This document shows positions 10,751 to 20,838 of a stretch of DNA of 64,000 bases, piece by piece. A model generated the notes under the pieces. That model saw only the letters and a program-made list of their open reading frames with translations. It was not told where the DNA came from and ran no database searches. The first letter of the stretch is position 1. Each line of letters begins with the position of its first letter. The stretch comes from Brevibacillus sp. (GTDB lineage Bacteria; Bacillota; Bacilli; Brevibacillales; Brevibacillaceae): contig JACDOF010000016.1 of assembly GCA_017656235.1 (NCBI GenBank), positions 126 to 64,125 on the forward strand, read 5' to 3'. Both the position numbers and the translations under genes were made by a program.

Positions 10751-11146
10751 TCAGGACAGATTGTAAACGCCCAACGTATGTAATCGCTGTGATTCGCTTT
10801 GCAGTACGTTGGACAACTTGAGGTCTGTCAGATTGCATAAGGCGGTCAGGTAAAACAGATTTTTTCCCAATTCGGCCGTAATCACCTCTTGGCAGTGGTC
10901 ACAGAGGCGGCCGGTTAGGTGCGTATCCAGATTGGCCGCGTTCTCCTGCAGGGTTTTATTTACGTCGTAGGGCTGCTTTTTGGCAATCACTTCGATGCAG
11001 CCGCATTCTGTAATCGCCTTGGTCAATGCGCGGTTGACCCGAGCGGTTGACTCTTGGGTTTTGGAAATGACGTCGAGAACGCTGCGATGCCGGATAAGCA
11101 GTTGAGATACTTGCTCTTGAAAATCGTCGAGAGCGCTCTTGCTCAC
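10751..11146 (-). CDS. Conserved hypothetical protein with CGC and CxxC motifs; possible degenerate MazG-like fold
   Basis: 131-aa ORF, GTG start with RBS GAGGTG, fills the space between a terminator and the divergent yacL promoter. Confidence 0.8.
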   Translation of the reverse strand: MSKSALDDFQEQVSQLLIRHRSVLDVISKTQESTARVNRALTKAITECGCIEVIAKKQPYDVNKTLQENAANLDTHLTGRLCDHCQEVITAELGKNLFYLTALCNLTDLKLSNVLQSESQRLHTLGVYNLS

Positions 11147-11314
11147 TGAAAATCACCTCTGCTTCGCACCATGGTGCCGTCAGAATCTTTCGTACTTTTC
11201 TCTGCTCTTTCAATTATAAAGAGAGCGACTGGATGATGTCAAACAGGGAAAGTAATGGAACCAGAGTGTTTGTGTTGACTGAGCAGTGTAAAGTGTGATA
11301 AACTTTTAAGCTAT

Positions 11315-11344
11315 TTGACATGCAAAAATGAGATTTGCTATAGT
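11315..11344 (+). promoter_or_regulatory. SigA promoter for yacL-ispDF-gltX
   Basis: TTGACA (11315-11320) - 18 nt - TATAGT (11339-11344) with TGn extension. Confidence 0.7.
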
Positions 11345-11442
11345 GAAGAATAGGCCGAGTAAAAAATCTCTATCGACTTTCCCATCCTGCAGGGTTTTTC
11401 TTAGGCGCTTCTGTCTATATTAATAAGAGGAGGTGAGCCCAG

Positions 11443-12534
11443 TTGTTAAAGCGGGTGTTTAAAGTTCTGTTTGTCATCATCGGGGGAGTGTTGGGCTACC
11501 ATTTCGGACCCGACTTTTTCCAACTCCTCAACAAGCTGCTGAACTTTGGAGATTTTGCCGGACAAGGGTATATAGGAGCCGTTCTCGGAGGAGTACTGTT
11601 TTATCTGGTTTCAAATTGGCTGGTCGATTATATTGTGAACACGATTCACTGGGGAGAGGAAATGCTTGTCAAGCTGCCGATAACAGACGTGATGTTCGGC
11701 GCGATGGGGTTGATTATTGGTCTTATTGTTGCATTTTTATTATTCCTGCCCATCAACAGCATTCCGATACCCGTGGTTGGTGATTTTCTGCCGCTGATCG
11801 TATCGGGACTGCTTGGATACCTTGGTTTCCAAGTCGGTTTCCGCAAGCGGGACGAAATCATGAATGTCTTTTCGATTGGTCGAAAAGAGAAAGGCAAAAA
11901 AGAGAGCGGCGGCCTTGCTGCCAATGTTGAACATAAGATTCTCGACACCAGTGTCATTATCGACGGCCGGATTGCCGACATCTGCCGAACCGGCTTCATT
12001 GAGGGAGCGCTGGTGATTCCCAGCTTTGTGCTGGAGGAACTGCAGCACATTGCAGATTCATCTGATATACTGAAGAGGAACCGGGGCCGTCGCGGTCTGG
12101 ACATCCTCAACAAGATTCAAAAAGAACTGAAGGTAAAAGTGCAAATTTACGAGGGTGACTTTGAAGACGTGCAGGAAGTGGACAGCAAGTTGATCAAGCT
12201 GGCCAAGGTACTGAACGGAAAAGTCGTGACCAACGACTTTAACCTCAATAAAGTATGCGAACTGCAAGGCGTGCCCGTGCTCAACATCAACGATCTGGCC
12301 AACGCAGTCAAACCGGTTGTACTGCCTGGCGAAGAGTTGAAGGTACAGGTGATCAAGGACGGTAAGGAATACGGGCAGGGTGTCGCTTATTTGGATGACG
12401 GTACGATGATTGTCGTTGAGGGGGGCCGCGATTACATTGGCGTCGATGTGGAAGTACTGGTCACCAGTGTTCTGCAGACGTCGGCCGGCCGGATGATTTT
12501 TGCCAAGCCGAAGTTGCTAGAAAAAGCGCTGTAG
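11443..12534 (+). CDS. yacL: Membrane-anchored PIN/TRAM domain protein YacL
   Basis: N-terminal TM helices, PIN motif KILDTSVIIDGRI, TRAM domain GKEYGQGVAYLDDGTMIVVE. Confidence 0.93.
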   Translation: MLKRVFKVLFVIIGGVLGYHFGPDFFQLLNKLLNFGDFAGQGYIGAVLGGVLFYLVSNWLVDYIVNTIHWGEEMLVKLPITDVMFGAMGLIIGLIVAFLLFLPINSIPIPVVGDFLPLIVSGLLGYLGFQVGFRKRDEIMNVFSIGRKEKGKKESGGLAANVEHKILDTSVIIDGRIADICRTGFIEGALVIPSFVLEELQHIADSSDILKRNRGRRGLDILNKIQKELKVKVQIYEGDFEDVQEVDSKLIKLAKVLNGKVVTNDFNLNKVCELQGVPVLNINDLANAVKPVVLPGEELKVQVIKDGKEYGQGVAYLDDGTMIVVEGGRDYIGVDVEVLVTSVLQTSAGRMIFAKPKLLEKAL

Positions 12535-12561
12535 TGCAGCGATATCTGGAGAGGATCTTAT

Positions 12562-13257
12562 TTGTATACGGGTGTGGTTATTGTCGCCGCAGGCTCCGGG
12601 AAGCGAATGGGGGCCGGACGCAACAAGCTGTGGCTGACCATCGACGGGAAGTCTATTTTGGCACACACGGTGGAGCGGTTTGCCACCCATCCAGAAGTAG
12701 AGGAGGTCGTGCTGGTCGTCAGCGAAAAAGATGAGGCTGACGTGATCGCCTGGTTGTCCAAGGTTCCCTATCGGAAAAAGGTCTCCCTGACACTGGGTGG
12801 GGCCGAGCGGCAGGACAGTGTGCGAGCGGGGTTGGCTGCACTGTCTGAGCAGTGTGACTACGTACTCGTACATGACGCGGCCAGACCTTTTGTAACCAAA
12901 CAGCAAATAACGGAGATTATCGCCAAAGTGCAGGAAGACGAAGCTGTCGTCATGGCTGTACCGGTCAAGGATACGATCAAGGTGGTCAACCGGAGTGGCA
13001 TCGTAGAAGCTACGCCGGCACGTGAGAGCTTGTGGGCCGTTCAAACCCCACAAGCTTTTCGTCTTTCCCTGTTGCGGGAAGCCCACCAGAAGGCACTGCT
13101 TGAACAAATACACGGCACCGATTGTGCCACACTGGTAGAGTGGCTGGGATTCCCGGTTAAGATTTTGGCCGGCAGTTATGAAAACATCAAGATTACAACT
13201 CCGGACGACATCTGGTTTGGCGAAGAGATTATGCGCAGACGAAGGGAGCGGGAGTAG
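12562..13257 (+). CDS. ispD: 2-C-methyl-D-erythritol 4-phosphate cytidylyltransferase
   Basis: [23 protein letters not shown] and NIKITTPDD motifs. Confidence 0.95.
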   Translation: MYTGVVIVAAGSGKRMGAGRNKLWLTIDGKSILAHTVERFATHPEVEEVVLVVSEKDEADVIAWLSKVPYRKKVSLTLGGAERQDSVRAGLAALSEQCDYVLVHDAARPFVTKQQITEIIAKVQEDEAVVMAVPVKDTIKVVNRSGIVEATPARESLWAVQTPQAFRLSLLREAHQKALLEQIHGTDCATLVEWLGFPVKILAGSYENIKITTPDDIWFGEEIMRRRRERE

Positions 13258-13733
13258 TGCGGATTGGACAAGGTTTTGACGTGCATCAGTTGGTAGAGGG
13301 GCGTCCTTTGATTGTTGGAGGAGTGACGATCCCGTATGAAAAAGGACTGCTCGGACACTCTGATGCGGATGTGCTGCTGCATGCGATTACCGACGCCTTG
13401 TTGGGGGCGATTGGGGAAGGGGATATTGGCCGTCATTTTCCGGACACCGACCCGGCTTACAAAGACGCGGACAGCGTGCAGTTGATGGCTCGCGTGTGGG
13501 AGTTGGTCAAAGAGCGGGGGTTCGTATTGGCCAATCTTGATGCGACGATTATCGCGCAAGCGCCCAAGATGTCACCGTATATTCAGGAAATGCGAAAGGT
13601 GATCGCACGGACCTTGGAGACGGATGATCTGTCGCGTGTCAACATCAAGGCGACCACGACGGAAAAACTGGGGTTTCCCGGGCGCGGCGAAGGAATGGCC
13701 GCTCAAGCAGTATGCTTGCTTGTCAAGGCCTAG
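13257..13733 (+). CDS. ispF: 2-C-methyl-D-erythritol 2,4-cyclodiphosphate synthase
   Basis: [16 protein letters not shown] and [10 protein letters not shown] motifs; TAGTG stop/start overlap with ispD. Confidence 0.96.
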   Translation: MRIGQGFDVHQLVEGRPLIVGGVTIPYEKGLLGHSDADVLLHAITDALLGAIGEGDIGRHFPDTDPAYKDADSVQLMARVWELVKERGFVLANLDATIIAQAPKMSPYIQEMRKVIARTLETDDLSRVNIKATTTEKLGFPGRGEGMAAQAVCLLVKA

Positions 13734-13783
13734 ATTGAGTAGTAAGATGTGTATGGTTAGAGAACGATAAGGATGGTGTCATC

Positions 13784-15253
13784 ATGGCTAACGAAGTTCG
13801 TCTGCGGTATGCGCCCAGCCCAACCGGTCACCTGCATATCGGCGGGGCCCGCACTGCTTTGTTCAACTACTTGTTTGCCCGCCGTCACGGTGGCAAGTTC
13901 ATCGTGCGGATTGAAGATACCGATCAGACACGCAACGTGGAAAACGCGGCTGAAGAACAGATGAAAAACCTGAAGTGGCTCGGCATCGACTGGGACGAGA
14001 GCGTGGACATCGGCGGTCCGTACGGTCCCTATCGGGCGATGGACCGGCTCGATATCTATCGCCGCTATATTGATCAACTGCTCGCCGAAGGGAAGGCATA
14101 CTACTGTTATGCGACCAAGGAGGAGCTGGACGCGGAGCGCGAAGAACAGATCGCTCGCGGTGAGACGCCAAAGATCTCGGAGAAGCACCGCAACATCACC
14201 CCTGAGCAGCGGGAGCAGTACGAACGGGAAGGGCGTGTTCCGTCGATTCACTTCCGCGTACCGGAAGATCGGGTTTACGTGGTTAACGACCTGATCCGCG
14301 GGGAAGTCACGTTTGACTCGAACGGAATCGGCGATTTTGTCATCTGCCGCCCTGATGGCATTCCCACCTACAACTTTGCCGTCGTCATCGACGATTACTT
14401 GATGAAGATTACCCATGTGGTGCGCGGCGAAGAGCATCTCTCCAACACGCCGCGGCAGTTGATGATTTACGAGGCATTTGGCTGGGAACCGCCTCTTTTT
14501 GCCCACCTGGCGCTGATCTTAAACCAGGATGGGAAAAAAATGAGCAAGCGGGATGAGAGCATCATCCAGTTTATTGAACAGTACCGTGAGCTGGGCTTCC
14601 TGCCCGAGGCGATTGTCAATTTCCTGGTGCTGCTTGGCTGGTCTTCCGGCGGCGAAGAGGAGATTTTCTCCAAACAACAGTTGATCGAGCAGTTTTCGCT
14701 GGAGCGAGTCAGCAAGGCGCCAGCCGTGTTTGACACCGCCAAAATGCACTGGATGAACAATTACTACCTGAAGCGTAAGCCGCTCGATACAATCGTGGAG
14801 ATGTGCCTGCCGCACCTAAAGAAAGCAGGCTTCGTCGAGCAGGATCCGTCTGAACAGGAAATGGAACGGGTCCGTGGTATTGTCGCTCTTTACCAGGAAG
14901 AGATGTCGTACTGTGCGCAAATCGTGCCGTTTTCCGCGATGTTCTTCCTCGATGAAGTGGAGATGGATGAGGAGGCCAAAGATGTGCTGCGGGAACCGCA
15001 GGTGCCGGAGGTACTTGCTTCCTTCCGCAAACACATCGAAGCCTTGGCTGAATACACTGTAGAGAACATCAAGGCACTGCTGAAAGAGGTGCAAAAGGAG
15101 ACCGGACAAAAAGGAAAGGCGCTGTTTATGCCGATTCGGGTGGCTGTAACCGGTCAGGCCCACGGACGGGATCTGGTTCAGTCGCTCTACCTGCTCGGAC
15201 AATCACGCGTGATGAAGCGGTTGGAGCGGGTTGTATCCAAGCTGCCTGAATAG
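13784..15253 (+). CDS. gltX: Glutamate--tRNA ligase
   Basis: [14 protein letters not shown] (HIGH) and KMSKR. Confidence 0.97.
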   Translation: MANEVRLRYAPSPTGHLHIGGARTALFNYLFARRHGGKFIVRIEDTDQTRNVENAAEEQMKNLKWLGIDWDESVDIGGPYGPYRAMDRLDIYRRYIDQLLAEGKAYYCYATKEELDAEREEQIARGETPKISEKHRNITPEQREQYEREGRVPSIHFRVPEDRVYVVNDLIRGEVTFDSNGIGDFVICRPDGIPTYNFAVVIDDYLMKITHVVRGEEHLSNTPRQLMIYEAFGWEPPLFAHLALILNQDGKKMSKRDESIIQFIEQYRELGFLPEAIVNFLVLLGWSSGGEEEIFSKQQLIEQFSLERVSKAPAVFDTAKMHWMNNYYLKRKPLDTIVEMCLPHLKKAGFVEQDPSEQEMERVRGIVALYQEEMSYCAQIVPFSAMFFLDEVEMDEEAKDVLREPQVPEVLASFRKHIEALAEYTVENIKALLKEVQKETGQKGKALFMPIRVAVTGQAHGRDLVQSLYLLGQSRVMKRLERVVSKLPE

Positions 15254-15295
15254 TAAAGTATCAGGTAGTAGCATCGAAAATAACAAGGGAAAGAA

Positions 15296-15630
15296 GAACA
15301 GCGTTGAACAGGAGAAGTACAGGCGAAATGCGCGTCCCCAGAGAGGACGGTAGAGGTGGAAGCTGTCCGGCGCCGCTGCCTGGAAGTGCGCCTGGGAGCT
15401 GTTGCCTGAAACCGGCCGCATGTGGCGTGCCGACTAGGGTAAACCGGGTCCCCCTCCGTTATCGGGGCAAGAGCGAGGTCGCAACGGATGGAGCGCCGTC
15501 AAAACACGGTGTGAGGTCGGTCAGGCAAGTGTCCGATTGTACGCCATCTGCGCATGCGGCCTAAGCAGAGTGGAACCGCGGTATCAGCCGTCTCTGTACC
15601 TTTGAAACAAAGGGAGGAGGCGGTTTTTTA
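15296..15630 (+). promoter_or_regulatory. Cysteine T-box riboswitch
   Basis: AGAGA and GGUGNAA-like stem I boxes; UGC specifier at 15387-15389; T-box AGCAGAGTGGAACCGCG (15564-15580) whose UGGA bulge matches tRNA-Cys U73; terminator 15588-15629. Confidence 0.92.
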
Positions 15631-15678
15631 ATGCAGGAAAAATAAGGATAACAGCCAAATGCAAGGAGGGAGAGTACA

Positions 15679-16344
15679 ATGTGGAAAACGATAAAGGATG
15701 ACATTCAGGCCGTCTTTGAGCGGGACCCGGCAGCCCGCAGCACTCTCGAGGTAGTGCTGACGTACTCGGGACTGCATGCAATCTGGGGGTATCGAATCGC
15801 TCATAAATTGTGGAATGCGGGTTGGTATACGACTGCTCGTGTCATCTCCCAGTTTGTCCGCTTTTTGACGGGAATCGAGATTCATCCGGGTGCGAAGATC
15901 GGCCGGAGGCTGTTCATCGATCACGGATCGGGCGTGGTGATCGGCGAAACGTGTGAAATCGGTGACAATGTGACGATCTACCAGGGGGTGACGCTCGGCG
16001 GGACGGGTAAAGAAAAAGGGAAACGGCACCCCACCGTCGGGAACAACGTCATCATCGCTTCCGGCGCCAAAGTGCTGGGATCCTTTAAGATCGGCGACAA
16101 CTCCAAGATCGGAGCCGGTGCGGTCGTTCTGCAGGAAGTGCCGCCCAATTCCACGGTGGTCGGCATCAAGGCGAAAGTCGTGGTGCAGGATGGCAAGCGG
16201 GTCACCTATGATCTGGATCACTGCAACATTCCGGACCCTGTAGCTGATGCGATGCGGCAGATGCAGCAGGAGATTGAAGAATTGCGCAGAGAGGTGCGGC
16301 AGTTAAGGGAGGAACGACAGACCAATGAGCATTCACGTGTATAA
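15679..16344 (+). CDS. cysE: Serine O-acetyltransferase
   Basis: [27 protein letters not shown] hexapeptide-repeat region. Confidence 0.97.
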   Translation: MWKTIKDDIQAVFERDPAARSTLEVVLTYSGLHAIWGYRIAHKLWNAGWYTTARVISQFVRFLTGIEIHPGAKIGRRLFIDHGSGVVIGETCEIGDNVTIYQGVTLGGTGKEKGKRHPTVGNNVIIASGAKVLGSFKIGDNSKIGAGAVVLQEVPPNSTVVGIKAKVVVQDGKRVTYDLDHCNIPDPVADAMRQMQQEIEELRREVRQLREERQTNEHSRV

Positions 16345-17731
16345 TACGCTGACGCGCAGGAAAGAAGAATTTGTTCCCATCGAACCGGGAAAAGTGAAAA
16401 TGTACGTGTGCGGTCCAACCGTTTACAACTACATCCATATTGGAAATGCCCGGCCGGCGATTGTCTTTGACACAGTCCGGAGGTATTTGCAGTATCGGGG
16501 ATATGACGTGACCTTTGTCCAAAACATCACCGATGTGGACGACAAACTGATCCGGGCAGCGGCGGAAGAGGGCACGACCGTGCAGGAGCTGGCGGAACGT
16601 TATACCAGAGCCTACAATGAAGACATCAAGGCACTCAACGTGCTGCCGCCAGACATTCAACCTCGTGTCATGCAGACGATACCGGAGATCATCCACTTTA
16701 TTTCCGGATTAATGGAGAAGGGGTACGCTTATGAGAGTCAGGGCGACGTCTACTTCCGTTCAGGACGCTTTACCCAATACGGCAAGTTATCCCACCAGCC
16801 GCTCGATGAACTGCAGGCGGGTGCCCGTGTGGAAGTAAGCGAGAAAAAAGAAAATCCGCTCGACTTTGCGCTGTGGAAAGCGGCCAAACCGGGCGAGATC
16901 GCCTGGGACAGCCCGTGGGGAAAAGGGCGCCCCGGTTGGCACATCGAATGCTCGGCAATGGCGCGAAAATTCCTCGGCGATACGATCGATATTCACGGTG
17001 GAGGGGCGGACCTGGTTTTCCCTCATCACGAAAACGAAATCGCCCAGTCCGAGTGCCTGACCGACAAGCCGTTCGCCAACTACTGGATGCACAACGGCAT
17101 GCTGAACATTAACAACGAAAAGATGTCCAAGTCACTCGGCAATTTCCTGTTGCTGCGTGATTTGATCAGCACCCACGGCGGTCAGGTGATTCGTTTCTTC
17201 ATGTTGTCGGGTCACTACCGCGGGCCAATCAATTTCTCCGACGATTTGCTGCAGCAGGCGGCCGGCGGCCTTGAGCGGATCAAAACAGCCTACGCCAATG
17301 TACTGCACCGGCTTCAGACGGCTCGCCCGGAAGAACCAAACGGTGTGGCCGAACAGCAGGCGGCCGTCGTGGAGGGGCTCCGCCGGGAGTTTATCTCGGC
17401 GATGGACGACGACTTCAACACCGCCAACGCGATTACGGTATTATTTGAATTGGCGAGAGAGTCCAACCTCTATTTGCGGCAAAAAAACGTGGGCCGGGCG
17501 CAGCTGGAAGCGTACCGCGACTTGTTCTTGGAGTTGGGCGGCGTGCTGGGGTTGGAGTTGGACGACACCGCAGAACTGCTTGACGATGAGGTGGAAGCGC
17601 TGATTGCCGAGCGTACGGAAGCGCGGAAGGCGAAGAACTTCGCCCGTGCGGACGAAATCCGCGACCTGCTGGCGGAAAAGGGGATCGTACTGGAAGATAC
17701 GCCGCAGGGCGTCCGGTGGCGCCGGAAGTGA
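16325..17731 (+). CDS. cysS: Cysteine--tRNA ligase
   Basis: [28 protein letters not shown]. Confidence 0.98.
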   Translation: MSIHVYNTLTRRKEEFVPIEPGKVKMYVCGPTVYNYIHIGNARPAIVFDTVRRYLQYRGYDVTFVQNITDVDDKLIRAAAEEGTTVQELAERYTRAYNEDIKALNVLPPDIQPRVMQTIPEIIHFISGLMEKGYAYESQGDVYFRSGRFTQYGKLSHQPLDELQAGARVEVSEKKENPLDFALWKAAKPGEIAWDSPWGKGRPGWHIECSAMARKFLGDTIDIHGGGADLVFPHHENEIAQSECLTDKPFANYWMHNGMLNINNEKMSKSLGNFLLLRDLISTHGGQVIRFFMLSGHYRGPINFSDDLLQQAAGGLERIKTAYANVLHRLQTARPEEPNGVAEQQAAVVEGLRREFISAMDDDFNTANAITVLFELARESNLYLRQKNVGRAQLEAYRDLFLELGGVLGLELDDTAELLDDEVEALIAERTEARKAKNFARADEIRDLLAEKGIVLEDTPQGVRWRRK

Positions 17732-17739
17732 GGGGTTCC

Positions 17740-18153
17740 ATGCGCCAGGAACCGCTAGCCCGCGACCCCGTAATGACCAATCCGCTTGTCTTGGCCTATC
17801 TGGGTGACGCCACCTACACCCATTGGGTTCGTTACCATCTGATCGCCAGCGGCATGGTCAAGCCCAATCAGCTTCACAAGGCGGCCAACCGCTATGTATC
17901 GGCGAAGGCGCAGGCGGGCATCCTGCTGGCGCTGATGCCCCATCTGAGCGAAGAAGAAGCAGCAGTCGTCAAGCGCGGGCGCAACGCCAAGTCCGGATCG
18001 GTGGCCAAAAACGCCGATATCATCGATTATCGTCACGCCACCGCATTTGAAGCGCTCATCGGCTATCTCGATCTGTTGGGAAGAGAAGAGCGTCTCGCCC
18101 AGATCATGAAGTACGCATTTGCCGTTGTGGAAGGGGTCAATCAAGATGAGTGA
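17740..18153 (+). CDS. mrnC: Mini-ribonuclease III
   Basis: LAYLGDA and ATAFEALIGYL motifs; conserved position after cysS. Start could instead be 17773. Confidence 0.9.
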   Translation: MRQEPLARDPVMTNPLVLAYLGDATYTHWVRYHLIASGMVKPNQLHKAANRYVSAKAQAGILLALMPHLSEEEAAVVKRGRNAKSGSVAKNADIIDYRHATAFEALIGYLDLLGREERLAQIMKYAFAVVEGVNQDE

Positions 18154-18901
18154 AGAATGGATAGTTGGGAAGAACCCGGTGATGGAAGCGCTCCGCTCGG
18201 GCCGGACGATCAACAAGATTTGGATTGCCGAAGGCACCAATAAACATCATATGGGGCCGATTTACTCCTTGGCCAAAAACCAGGGCGTGGTGATTGCTGT
18301 CGCTAACAGGAAGAAATTGGAACAGCTTACAGGCACGGAACACCACCAAGGTGTGATCGCCTCGGTTGCCGCTTACCGGTACGCCGAAGTGGACGAACTG
18401 CTGGCAAGCGCAGAGCGAAAAGGAGAGGCTCCCTTTCTCATAATCCTCGACGAGCTGGAAGATCCGCACAACCTCGGATCCATTTTGCGAACAGCCGATG
18501 CGGTGGGGGCACACGGCGTGATCATCCCTCGACGCCGCTCCGTCGGTCTGACGGCAACCGTTGCCAAAGCGTCAGCCGGTGCAGTCGAATACGTGCCGGT
18601 AGCCCGTGTCACCAATCTGGTTAGGACCATCGAAGAATTGAAACAGCAGGGGATTTGGATTGCCGGCACCGATGCGGATGCGCCGCAGGATTTCCGCGAA
18701 GGAGACTTCTCGATTCCGCTGGCACTGGTCATCGGCAGCGAGGGACGGGGCATCAGCAGGCTTGTTCGCGAACACTGTGATTTTCTCTTCCGCCTGCCGA
18801 TGGTTGGCCGGGTGACGTCGCTCAACGCTTCCGTAGCCGCTGCGCTGTTAATGTACGAAGTGTACCGGGCGAGACGCCCGTTATCCTCGCGGGTGAAATG
18901 A
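18146..18901 (+). CDS. rlmB: 23S rRNA Gm2251 methyltransferase
   Basis: SPOUT motifs DPHNLGSILRTA, IGSEGRG, SLNASVAA. Confidence 0.92.
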   Translation: MSEEWIVGKNPVMEALRSGRTINKIWIAEGTNKHHMGPIYSLAKNQGVVIAVANRKKLEQLTGTEHHQGVIASVAAYRYAEVDELLASAERKGEAPFLIILDELEDPHNLGSILRTADAVGAHGVIIPRRRSVGLTATVAKASAGAVEYVPVARVTNLVRTIEELKQQGIWIAGTDADAPQDFREGDFSIPLALVIGSEGRGISRLVREHCDFLFRLPMVGRVTSLNASVAAALLMYEVYRARRPLSSRVK

Positions 18902-18902
18902 G

Positions 18903-19427
18903 ATGGCGAGGAAGAAGGAGAAACATCTCCTGATCGTGGACGGCTACAATATCATCGGCGCTTGGCCTGAACTGCGTGCGCTTAAAGAGCAGGAGCGGAT
19001 GGATGAAGCGCGAGATCTGCTGATCTCCAAGCTGGCCGACTATCAGAGTTACGCCGGCGTCAAAGTGATCGTGGTCTTTGACGCCTACACCATCCCCGGC
19101 CTGGGCCGCAAACAGCAGCAGTATGCAATCGAGATCTACTACACCAAAGAAAAAGAGACTGCCGACGAAAAAATCGAGAAACTGGTTCATGAATACTGGG
19201 ACAAAAATCGACAAATCTATGTGGCAACCTCTGATTTCACCTCTCAGTGGGTGATCTTCGGCCAGGGAGCCCTGCGCAAATCAGCGCGTGAACTGCAAAT
19301 GGATATCGAAAGTGTGAGTAAAGAGATTGAGCAGCAGGTGAAACGGACCCAGGAGCCCACCTTCTCGACGCGCATCCAGCTGCGCGACGAAATCGAGAAA
19401 ATATTCGAAAAATGGCGAAGGGAATAG
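18903..19427 (+). CDS. rae1: NYN-domain ribosome-associated endoribonuclease Rae1 (YacP)
   Basis: LIVDGYNIIG, VVFDAY and ETADEKIEK motifs; position between rlmB and sigH. Confidence 0.9.
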   Translation: MARKKEKHLLIVDGYNIIGAWPELRALKEQERMDEARDLLISKLADYQSYAGVKVIVVFDAYTIPGLGRKQQQYAIEIYYTKEKETADEKIEKLVHEYWDKNRQIYVATSDFTSQWVIFGQGALRKSARELQMDIESVSKEIEQQVKRTQEPTFSTRIQLRDEIEKIFEKWRRE

Positions 19428-19439
19428 CGGTTGGCTTGG

Positions 19440-19469
19440 TTGACGCTATTTTATGCTCTCATGTATAAT
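19440..19469 (+). promoter_or_regulatory. SigA promoter of sigH
   Basis: TTGACG - 18 nt - TATAAT. Confidence 0.7.
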
Positions 19470-19516
19470 GACATTATCCTATGAGCGCGTGGAAGCCTGA
19501 TGTCGGAGGGATGATG

Positions 19517-20167
19517 GTGAGTGTAGACCTCAAGGAATTGAAGCATACGCAGTTCGAACTGATGTCGGATGAAGAAGTGGTCGATCTGGTGAGAGAAAAC
19601 GATGCCGATGCCCTGGAATATTTGATTGGCAAATACAAAAATTTTGTACGGGCCAAAGCTCGTTCTTATTTTTTGATAGGCGCCGATCGGGAAGATATTG
19701 TGCAGGAAGGCATGATCGGATTATACAAGTCGATCCGCGACTTTCGTGGAGACAAGCTGACGTCATTCAAAGCATTTGCGGAACTGTGTATTACCCGCCA
19801 GATCATAACCGCGATCAAGACGGCTACCCGCCAGAAACACATTCCCTTGAATTCCTATGTTTCGCTGGACAAGCCCATCTACGACGAAGATTCCGATCGT
19901 ACCTTGCTGGACGTTATCTGTGGCACAAAGGTGACCGACCCCGAAGAACTGTTTATCAACCGGGAAGAGTTTGACGACATCGAGGGCAAGATGAGCGAAA
20001 TTCTGAGCGATCTGGAGCGCCAGGTGCTGATGCTGTATCTGGATGGACGGTCGTATCAGCAGATTGCTGTCGACCTCAAACGGCATGTGAAGTCAATTGA
20101 CAACGCCCTCCAGCGGGTGAAACGGAAATTGGAACGCTATCTGGAAGGAAGAGAGATCAGTTCGTAG
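19517..20167 (+). CDS. sigH: RNA polymerase sigma-H factor
   Basis: YFLIGADREDIVQEGMIGLYK and HVKSIDNALQRVKRK. GTG 19517 best fits GGAGG spacing; ATG 19511 and 19514 are alternatives. Confidence 0.96.
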   Translation: MSVDLKELKHTQFELMSDEEVVDLVRENDADALEYLIGKYKNFVRAKARSYFLIGADREDIVQEGMIGLYKSIRDFRGDKLTSFKAFAELCITRQIITAIKTATRQKHIPLNSYVSLDKPIYDEDSDRTLLDVICGTKVTDPEELFINREEFDDIEGKMSEILSDLERQVLMLYLDGRSYQQIAVDLKRHVKSIDNALQRVKRKLERYLEGREISS

Positions 20168-20231
20168 GTGACGCATCTCTCTTTTTTTCTGTCTTCATAG
20201 CGAATTCATCTGGTTTTGTCAAGGTCTTTCG

Positions 20232-20260
20232 TTGACATCGGCTTTTTCGTGTGATAAAGT
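20232..20260 (+). promoter_or_regulatory. SigA promoter of rpmG-secE-nusG
   Basis: TTGACA - 17 nt - TAAAGT with TGn extension. Confidence 0.7.
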
Positions 20261-20394
20261 TGTTTAGGTAGCCATAGAGCAGGAATCTATGGTTACTTCT
20301 TTAGAATGGCCCGGAAAAAGTAGCGGTTTTTTCCAAGTTTTAAATGGTTGTTGGTAATGTCGATAAGGTATGAGATGAGACGGAGGTGGCAATC

Positions 20395-20544
20395 ATGCGA
20401 GTAAACATAACGTTGGCTTGCACGGAGTGCGGTGAACGTAACTATATCAGCACGAAGAACAAGCGCACGAATCCGGAGCGAATCGAGCTGAAAAAATACT
20501 GCTCCCGCGACAAAAAGCATACACTCCATCGCGAAACGAAGTAA
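20395..20544 (+). CDS. rpmG: 50S ribosomal protein L33 (absent from the ORF track)
   Basis: Translated by hand: [49 protein letters not shown] (49 aa); RBS GGAGGTG. Confidence 0.96.
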   Translation: MRVNITLACTECGERNYISTKNKRTNPERIELKKYCSRDKKHTLHRETK

Positions 20545-20577
20545 CGATGAGAGCGAGCGAAGTCTGGGGGTGGTGCT

Positions 20578-20790
20578 GTGAGTTTCCTCGCTAGAATTGG
20601 AGCAAGTTTTCGGCGTACAGGCGAATTCTTTGGAGATGTCGTATCCGAGTTGAAGAAGGTGCGCTGGCCGAACCGCAAAGAGCTGACGACCTATACGATC
20701 GTTGTGCTGGTGACGGTGACGCTGCTTGCGCTGTTTTTCTACTTGATCGACTTGGGGATCTCGTATCTGATTGAGCTGATACTGGGCTGA
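20578..20790 (+). CDS. secE: Preprotein translocase subunit SecE
   Basis: ELKKVRWPNRKEL motif followed by one TM helix. Confidence 0.95.
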   Translation: MSFLARIGASFRRTGEFFGDVVSELKKVRWPNRKELTTYTIVVLVTVTLLALFFYLIDLGISYLIELILG

Positions 20791-20838
20791 CAATACTCGA
20801 AACCTGGGAGGGACGGACGGTTTAGCGTCCTCGTGGCT

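Noticed and set aside
20289-20357. 22-codon upstream ORF in the rpmG leader
   Set aside because: Weak RBS, no informative codon run, length expected by chance.
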